Source of the DNA: a virus
UHGV virus genome: UHGV-1348655
DNA length: 23,392 bases
Reading direction: 5' to 3' (one strand)
The position numbers and the translations under genes are program-made. The notes under the pieces were generated by a model, which was not told where the DNA came from, searched no databases, and worked only from the letters and a program-made list of their open reading frames with translations. Positions 17,208 to 23,392 of this stretch are shown here, piece by piece; the stretch's first letter is position 1; each line of letters starts with the position of its first letter.

Positions 17208-18503
17208 TCACGCGGTCTGGTTAGGCAGACCAACACCAATTGCCTCTGGTCGTACAGCACATGCTGAATACCACACAGCAATACGGCACTTACCAGACAG
17301 AGTGTTGATATCACCCTGCGTTGCGAAGATGCCGTTAACACCAATACCAGGAATGCTGAAGGAAGACGTTTTCATACCAGCAAACAGTTCATGGGTTACC
17401 GGGATCGGCTGAGACAGCAGGCGGATTGAGTCATCAGCCCAGAACACGTTAGCGGTGGTTGTTGCCACGTTCAGAACGTTTACCGGAGTGGTATCAGCAA
17501 GAGAGGTGTTTACGTTAGCGTAAGCCTTCTCTTCTTTTGTCAGTGACGCGTCATCAAGTGCAATCGGCTTCGGCGTGATTTCGATGTGAGTACCATCGAT
17601 CACACGGGTGATTGAGAAAGTCGCGTCATCAGTCAGCACGTTCTTCGCCATCTGAGACAGGAATTTCACGCCAGTGAAGCTGATTTTGTCGCCGCGCTTA
17701 AATCCGGTGGTGGAGGATACGGTCACCGTTGCAACACGGTTGTCGACGTTCTCTTTGTTACCATCGGTATCAAGGGTGTATGCCTGCGGCTTAAACTTCT
17801 GCGCACCAGAAACAGTTACACCAGTAGCGGTTGACTTGGTAACTGCCGGAAGTTTCGGTGAGCGAAGAATTTCATCAAAGCCAGCAATCTGACGCTGAAT
17901 AGTACCGTTGCGATACGCTTCTTCAGGAACGCGACCAAAGATGTCACCATCTACCAGGTTGCGGCCTGCTTTGCGGTAATCGTCAGGGTTCAGGAAGTAA
18001 CTGATGCCCATGTCGCGGTTGAGTTCTCGGGAGAACATCAGGCGCTCTGCATCAGACACAAAATCCCAGCCAGACAGGCCAGTAGATGGACCAATTGCGC
18101 GGGTGTCGTGAACAACAAGTGAGCCCATTTCAGTTGCCTGTTTGGCAATCGCTGACTCAATGTTATTCGCCAGTTTTTTGGCAGATGCCTGGATGCGGCG
18201 ACGGTAAGAACGCTCATCACGCAGGTCATCTGCACGAAGCTCGAAGAAATCGTTATCCGGATCGCCCATGTTGCATTTCACGGAGAGTTCCAGAATACCG
18301 GTTGCGTTGCCAGTTAAATCCCAGCCAGTCTGGGTTGGCGCTTCCTGCTCAACAGGCATCCACACGGTGTTGCTTGAACGCTGCATGGATTCTGCCGGAG
18401 GGGTGTATTTTGTCACTTTGGACGCCATTGGCGTCAGGTTCTGGACGGTTTCGATGATTTCATCCAGAGCATACGTGACCAGTTGACCTTCATTTAATGC
18501 CAT
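17208..18503 (-). CDS. Major capsid (coat) protein, P22 gp5-like, 431 aa
   Basis: Size (P22 coat is 430 aa) and position after the scaffold gene; TAATG coupling. Confidence 0.85.
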   Translation of the reverse strand: MALNEGQLVTYALDEIIETVQNLTPMASKVTKYTPPAESMQRSSNTVWMPVEQEAPTQTGWDLTGNATGILELSVKCNMGDPDNDFFELRADDLRDERSYRRRIQASAKKLANNIESAIAKQATEMGSLVVHDTRAIGPSTGLSGWDFVSDAERLMFSRELNRDMGISYFLNPDDYRKAGRNLVDGDIFGRVPEEAYRNGTIQRQIAGFDEILRSPKLPAVTKSTATGVTVSGAQKFKPQAYTLDTDGNKENVDNRVATVTVSSTTGFKRGDKISFTGVKFLSQMAKNVLTDDATFSITRVIDGTHIEITPKPIALDDASLTKEEKAYANVNTSLADTTPVNVLNVATTTANVFWADDSIRLLSQPIPVTHELFAGMKTSSFSIPGIGVNGIFATQGDINTLSGKCRIAVWYSACAVRPEAIGVGLPNQTA

Positions 18504-19414
18504 TATCGAATTCCTTTATTCAGTTGCGCCTTAAGCTTGCGGTACGTCTCTACATCCCCTTTGTTTGCTGCCGCTTCCATCTGCTTTTCAATCGCAGAGA
18601 TATTTGCAGCAACAGCGTGCCCCTGAATGGGTTCATCAGGTAACGGGGCTTCTGAAACAGGCTTGGCTCGAGGCTTGAGAGTTAAACGTTCTGACAGTCG
18701 AGTGAGTTCAATCAGCGCGGATTGCCCGTCCATCGCCAGCAACTGGCGTGTTTTCTCAGGATTAGCACCAAGGTGATACATGAGAGCGGCGGATTTCTCC
18801 GGGAAGAGGCGCATGATGTCGGCACCGACTGCTGGCGGCACCAGTTGCATGAATGCATCCTCTTTCTCCTGATAGTCAGGGATATTGAGCTTTTCCGCTG
18901 CGTCGTAGTGCTTACGGGCCGCCTCGACGTATTGCGCTGATTGCTGGGTGAACTCCTGAGTTTTGCGACCCTGCTCGGCGACAGCATGGCTTCGTGCGTC
19001 CATAGCCTTGATCTGCCATTCACTGTTTGCCTGCTGGAAGGCAGCCAGTGCGCGGCTCTGGTCATAGTCGTACTTAGCCAGTGCATCTTCGGAAAGATAA
19101 TCGTTAGGGTCTGGTTGTTTTGGTAACTCAGGGTTCACCCGCAGGTGCTCCGGCAACTCTCCCCGCTTAACCGCTTCCATCTGCTGCTCAAGCTCACGCT
19201 GGCGTTTGCGTTCGATGCGGCGACGGGCAAATTCAGCATTAGTTGCCGGGTCTTGTTTTGGTTTCTCATCGTCTTTCAGGACAATCTCGAAGCCTTCTTC
19301 CTGACCTGCGTTGTCGTTGGCATTATCGACAACTAAGCCATCAGCAGATGCCGCTGCATGATTGCCGGGCAGGGTTAATTCTTCAGAAGCCTGAATGTCG
19401 GTGGTTTGGTCCAT
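18503..19414 (-). CDS. Scaffolding protein, P22 gp8-like, 303 aa
   Basis: Same length as P22 gp8 (303 aa); charged, helix-rich composition; lies between portal and coat. Confidence 0.8.
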   Translation of the reverse strand: MDQTTDIQASEELTLPGNHAAASADGLVVDNANDNAGQEEGFEIVLKDDEKPKQDPATNAEFARRRIERKRQRELEQQMEAVKRGELPEHLRVNPELPKQPDPNDYLSEDALAKYDYDQSRALAAFQQANSEWQIKAMDARSHAVAEQGRKTQEFTQQSAQYVEAARKHYDAAEKLNIPDYQEKEDAFMQLVPPAVGADIMRLFPEKSAALMYHLGANPEKTRQLLAMDGQSALIELTRLSERLTLKPRAKPVSEAPLPDEPIQGHAVAANISAIEKQMEAAANKGDVETYRKLKAQLNKGIR

Positions 19415-19427
19415 GATTAACTCTCTC

Positions 19428-21647
19428 TTATTGAGGTGTCTCGGCTACTCCGCCGGAGGGGATTTGAACTTGACGCATAAGATTCGCGAAATCCATGCGT
19501 TGTGAATGAGTCTGGTCTGCATCTTTAAGAAGCAGCTCAGCGTTAGCACGAGCATCTTTGCTGCGCTGTTGCTGGAATTGACCTACGAGCTTGAGGTACT
19601 CACGCAGTTCTGCCTGCTTGTCGAGGTCCATATTGTTGAAGATTTCCGCAATCTTCGCCGCGTTGAGTTGGTTTTGTGCTTCAACCTTGGCAGCTTCAAC
19701 CTGAATCTGCGCCTGTTGGTTCTCTGCCTTGAGCAATTCAGCCTGACCTTGCAGAAGGATACCCTGCGCCTGAATTTGCTCTGCTGATGGCTGCTGCGGC
19801 TGCTGTTGAGCCGCTGACCTTCTCAACGCTAACATCATCGCCCGNNNNNNNNNNTGCTGTTGAGCCTGCTGTACCATCTCCATCTCTTCAGGTGTTTCTG
19901 GCTTCTTCAGCCCCATCATCACCAGTTGCTTGTTCGCGTACTCTCGCATCATCTCGACGCCTTTACCGTCAAGCAGCGTGAAGTATTGCAGCATCAGCAT
20001 CTGGAACTCTGGAGTACCTTGCGGAACCTTGGTGAGTAACTCCTGAATCTCTGCGCGGTTCTGTTCCTTCATACTCTGGAAGGATGGTCCAACGTCTGTA
20101 TAGCACTCATAACGACCGCGAATGTCGTTGAGTGTGACCACATTACCGGACTGGTAATCTACAACTTGCGCGTAGAGTTGAACGTCTTTCTCGCTACCAT
20201 CTTCAAGTGTCAGCGTTACATGACGAGGAACGTCATAAATATCGTTGACCATTGAGGCATAAATCTCGCCATCACGTCGCATTGCGGTAGCCAGGTTATC
20301 CTGAAACACGTATGTCTCAAGGTCTGCCCGCATGTTCAGTTGATTGACGGTATCAAAAGCAACCTGAGAGTTTGCTGCCTGCGCATCCACACCAAGACTA
20401 GCCACCTCTTTCACTGCGTTGGTGGCAGCCTCAAGCATGTAAGCGTTGGCTTGCGGCACTTCAGGGTTTTCCATGTAGGAGATTGGACCAATCGGAAGGT
20501 CGTTACCGTTTTCATCGGTCCTGTTCTGCAGATAGTACGGATAGTCATCATTTCCACCGTACATGTATTCGTAGCCTTCGATTTGCTCAGGGAAGAAGGT
20601 CGGTTTCTTCTTCGGTGAGCGAGCAACAATATCGGCGTTGAATGACATGATCATGTTACGAAGGCGTTGACCGTCTTTCGTCAGCCTTACCACGCCCTCG
20701 TAGCACTCCTTGTCACCAGCGAATGACCATTCGCCGTACACAGGAACGATTGGGATATGCTCTCCGGCTATCTTCTCGCGGTCTTTCAGTATCTGCATGC
20801 AGGTGATGATCGACTTATACACACGCCGACGCTTGACCTTACGCTCTGCTACCTTAATGAATCCACGATTAGCCAGGTCGTCGATGACGTCTTTGATATC
20901 CTGCTGGTAATAGCTGACCGGCTCACCTGTCAGCGGGTCGCGGTAGATGAAGACTTTCTCTTTCTTCTCTTCGACCTCGTAATACTCAGCGACGTAGACG
21001 ACATCATTCGATACCCACGGAAACAGCCATTTATCGTTCGGATTCTGGAAAGATGGCAAGGTGTCAGGATCAATACCGTAATCCTCTGCGAACTCTTTCC
21101 AGCCATTGCGTGACAAAGCGTTAATCACCGTGCAGTGCTTAGCGTCGCTCTTATCCATCTGCTTGCTGTTGGCGTCCCATATGACGTGTGAGCAGGCTTC
21201 ATGGATTGGCAGGCGTCGGATTACCTGATTGTTGCTTGTTGGGTCGTTGTCTTCGTACTGGGTGACCAGACGCCATGCACCAACGCCGGACTCTATCTGC
21301 TCACGAACGCCAACGTTAACGGCAATCTTTGCCGTGTTATGGCGCATATCAGTACGATACATTCCCATCAACACATCGGCAGCATCAGGATTAGCGCCGT
21401 CTTTGGGTCGGAAGAGAACGTCGATAGGGTTCCGGCGCATCTCTGCTACCAGTTTCCTGACCACCGGGCGAACAACATCGAATTGTCCGCGATATTGCAG
21501 GGTAGTGTAGTTTGATAGCCAGTCATCCCATTGCGACACTCGGCTAAAATACAGGTCATTTGTCGCCTCGGTTCTGGCTTCATCGCTCGCCATCCAGTCC
21601 GCGTCAAACTTACACAGAATGGAATTGAGTCTGTTTTCGTCGGCCAT
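19428..21647 (-). CDS. Portal protein, P22 gp1-like, 739 aa as given (interrupted by an N-run)
   Basis: The N-terminus [67 protein letters not shown] closely matches P22 portal; the C-terminal Gln-rich barrel region is present. Confidence 0.9.
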   Translation of the reverse strand: MADENRLNSILCKFDADWMASDEARTEATNDLYFSRVSQWDDWLSNYTTLQYRGQFDVVRPVVRKLVAEMRRNPIDVLFRPKDGANPDAADVLMGMYRTDMRHNTAKIAVNVGVREQIESGVGAWRLVTQYEDNDPTSNNQVIRRLPIHEACSHVIWDANSKQMDKSDAKHCTVINALSRNGWKEFAEDYGIDPDTLPSFQNPNDKWLFPWVSNDVVYVAEYYEVEEKKEKVFIYRDPLTGEPVSYYQQDIKDVIDDLANRGFIKVAERKVKRRRVYKSIITCMQILKDREKIAGEHIPIVPVYGEWSFAGDKECYEGVVRLTKDGQRLRNMIMSFNADIVARSPKKKPTFFPEQIEGYEYMYGGNDDYPYYLQNRTDENGNDLPIGPISYMENPEVPQANAYMLEAATNAVKEVASLGVDAQAANSQVAFDTVNQLNMRADLETYVFQDNLATAMRRDGEIYASMVNDIYDVPRHVTLTLEDGSEKDVQLYAQVVDYQSGNVVTLNDIRGRYECYTDVGPSFQSMKEQNRAEIQELLTKVPQGTPEFQMLMLQYFTLLDGKGVEMMREYANKQLVMMGLKKPETPEEMEMVQQAQQXXXXRAMMLALRRSAAQQQPQQPSAEQIQAQGILLQGQAELLKAENQQAQIQVEAAKVEAQNQLNAAKIAEIFNNMDLDKQAELREYLKLVGQFQQQRSKDARANAELLLKDADQTHSQRMDFANLMRQVQIPSGGVAETPQ
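19845..19854. other. Run of 10 N (sequence gap or masked bases) inside the portal gene
   Basis: Literal nnnnnnnnnn in the sequence. Confidence 0.99.
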
Positions 21648-23147
21648 TTAAGTTCTCCGTGCGATGGGCCTGATTGGGGCTGGTATCTTTTTCTCTTTTG
21701 GTTTTTTGATGTCGCGCATCATTTTGGCGAAGCGGCGCATCATGTATGCATAGCGAACGGCTGAGAGAACGTCGTCGTTAAGCTTGATGATTTTCCCGTT
21801 TTCATCACGGTGATAGAGGCGGAACTCCTCAAAGAATGGCTCACAGGTGTTGAATACTTTGAAGCGACCATCGAGCATCATGTCGCGCAATTCAGTGATG
21901 CCAGGCTCCACAGCATTACCGCCATCAGGCCATGTCGCATGCTCCTGCAACATCATAAAACCAGCATCTGCATACTGCCCTTTGAGCTGCTCACCGCCGC
22001 CCTTCTCGTGCTGGTTTCCGTCATGAGGCCATGCGGTTGGCACTTTATGCGCCCATGATTTAACAGCTCCCCATGCCTGAACGGCTGTTTTTTCTTTCGC
22101 CTTCCACACGCGTGAAACGTAGATTGTGTCTGCGTCCTTATCCCACCAAAGCTGAACCTGCGCCTGCGGGTGATCCCATCCAAAATCCATCCCGCCAATT
22201 ACGTAGAAGTGATCAGGACACTCGAACGGCTGACACTTAATCGTCTCTTCCGGTATCTGGAAGATTCGACCACTACCCATCGTAGGAATACCGCGAGCAC
22301 GCGCCTCTCTCTCATGCTCAGGATAAGATGCGATGATTTGCTCTTTCTGCTCGTCTGTGTAGTGCTCAGCGTCATAGATGGTCATGTTGACCACTTTCTG
22401 CGACTTGCTTGGATTCTTCAGGAACTTGGTAACAACGTCAGACATCCCCATCAGCGGGGTAAACGTCAGAATTGAGAATTGCCCGTATTTGTTGGTACGG
22501 GTAAGACCTTCGCCATAAATGCTGTATGGTGGCTCTTCGTCAAACCACACGCCGTGGATTGTGTCACCCTGCCAGCGAGCACGGCCTTGCGAGTATGGTT
22601 TGAAGTAGCAGATTGAAATGCCATCTTCAACGCCTTCAGCCGTGTGATGCTTAACCAGAAGATGATCAACAAGGTTCGGAAAGAAAGGAGACTTCTTCCA
22701 GCTAATGATGTCTTCTTTAGGTATGGAACCGTATCCTGGCTCATCATTCTCTTCGATACGACCACACAGGATGCGTTGAGTCGTTTTGGTTACAGTCTCG
22801 TTTGTCTCGCCGCCAATCCAGAAGACAACAGGCTCATAGAAACGCTTACCTTTCCACTCCCCACCATATTTACCATCAGCCGGATAGCCTTTTGTTCCCG
22901 GATAACGCCCGGTAAGGTGAAACGCGACTTCAGCAGCACCAGTAAATGACTTACCAAGCTGGTTACCAGCCATAAAACAGCGCTCTGGATAGTCATGCCC
23001 GGCGTCGATGAACTCACGCTGTTTGCTGTATGGCGTAAATTCATATAGCAGGTGTGTGTTCCGGTAGTTCTCTTCTTCTTCGAGTAGCTCGAGCAATTCG
23101 ATTTGCTCTTCGTCGCTCAGGTTATCAAGAATCGCGTCCAGTTCCAC
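21648..23147 (-). CDS. Terminase large subunit, P22 gp2-like, 499 aa
   Basis: Same length as P22 gp2 (499 aa); lies immediately upstream of the portal gene; overlaps the 3' end of the small-terminase gene. Confidence 0.9.
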   Translation of the reverse strand: MELDAILDNLSDEEQIELLELLEEEENYRNTHLLYEFTPYSKQREFIDAGHDYPERCFMAGNQLGKSFTGAAEVAFHLTGRYPGTKGYPADGKYGGEWKGKRFYEPVVFWIGGETNETVTKTTQRILCGRIEENDEPGYGSIPKEDIISWKKSPFFPNLVDHLLVKHHTAEGVEDGISICYFKPYSQGRARWQGDTIHGVWFDEEPPYSIYGEGLTRTNKYGQFSILTFTPLMGMSDVVTKFLKNPSKSQKVVNMTIYDAEHYTDEQKEQIIASYPEHEREARARGIPTMGSGRIFQIPEETIKCQPFECPDHFYVIGGMDFGWDHPQAQVQLWWDKDADTIYVSRVWKAKEKTAVQAWGAVKSWAHKVPTAWPHDGNQHEKGGGEQLKGQYADAGFMMLQEHATWPDGGNAVEPGITELRDMMLDGRFKVFNTCEPFFEEFRLYHRDENGKIIKLNDDVLSAVRYAYMMRRFAKMMRDIKKPKEKKIPAPIRPIARRT

Positions 23148-23392
23148 GGTTGAATAGCTCCTTGATACGAGAGCGCCGCTTATCGCGATCTCCCTTATCA
23201 GGTGTCACGTCTTCAACTTGCGACTGCTCTTTGAGTCCCAAATCACGGGCGATGATGTTAGCGTTGAGAAGGTCAGCGGCTGCGCCAGAGAATTTCTGGT
23301 CGTAGATGACCTGCTCTGCTCGCGTAACGACTTCAGATAAATCTTCTCGCAGGCGATATGTGCGCCATGTTTCAAGCGTCACATCAATGAAC
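23125..23392 (-). CDS. Terminase small subunit, 3' part (5' end lies outside the window)
   Basis: Open frame running off the window edge, immediately upstream of and overlapping the large-terminase gene; contains a P22 pac-like motif. Confidence 0.6.
   Translation of the reverse strand, partial: FIDVTLETWRTYRLREDLSEVVTRAEQVIYDQKFSGAAADLLNANIIARDLGLKEQSQVEDVTPDKGDRDKRRSRIKELFNRGTGRDS
23321..23346 (-). promoter_or_regulatory. pac-like packaging recognition site inside the small-terminase gene
   Basis: The minus strand reads GAAGATTTATCTGAAGTCGTTACGCG, very close to the P22 pac sequence as I remember it (GAAGACTTATCTGAGGTCGTTA). Confidence 0.45.

Noticed and set aside
16577-17344. 255-aa version of the acidic-protein ORF and 186-aa version of the gp4-like ORF
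   Set aside because: The long forms overlap the coat gene and the upstream gene respectively and lack ribosome-binding sites; internal ATGs at 17164 and 16599 have SD sequences and match expected sizes.
9771-19336. Numerous 60-140 aa ORFs antisense to or out of frame with the structural genes
   Set aside because: They are embedded in a tightly coupled, syntenic late operon, and their compositions (Arg/Cys/Ser-rich) are typical of wrong-frame translation.
19741-19900. CTG/CAG-rich repeats around the N-run as a possible CRISPR or tandem-repeat array
   Set aside because: They are codon-level Gln/Ala repeats within the portal C-terminal region; there is no repeat-spacer periodicity.

Overview
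This window is a mosaic temperate phage genome segment, read here as the reverse complement of the usual lambda map. Confidence is high for the recognisable genes and lower for functional interpretations; I could run no searches, so every homology call is from memory of lambda, P22 and IS1 sequences. Left part (+ strand, 1-4400): early-left accessory genes including an Ea22-like protein with a DUF551 tail, then lambda-type xis and int, an intact attP (core 4173-4187 with both arms) and the sib/tI hairpin. Right part (- strand, 7128-23392): a complete P22/Sf6-like podovirus morphogenesis operon running from small terminase (partial, with a pac-like site) through large terminase, portal, scaffold, coat, gp4/gp10/gp26/gp14 homologues and three ejection proteins to the tailspike, with a divergently transcribed Mnt-like repressor. 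Between attP and the tailspike, where P22-like phages carry lysogenic-conversion genes, sits a strongly AT-rich gene for a multi-pass membrane protein with a sulfatase-type domain resembling the EptA/MCR/YhbX phosphoethanolamine-transferase family. A complete IS1 (768 bp, 8-bp target duplication) lies between the tailspike stop and this gene's promoter. The phosphoethanolamine-transferase-like gene is the most interesting candidate: this enzyme class is not the usual occupant of that slot. A 10-N gap in the portal gene is flanked by a 36-bp inverted copy of small-terminase sequence, which is most likely an assembly artefact.
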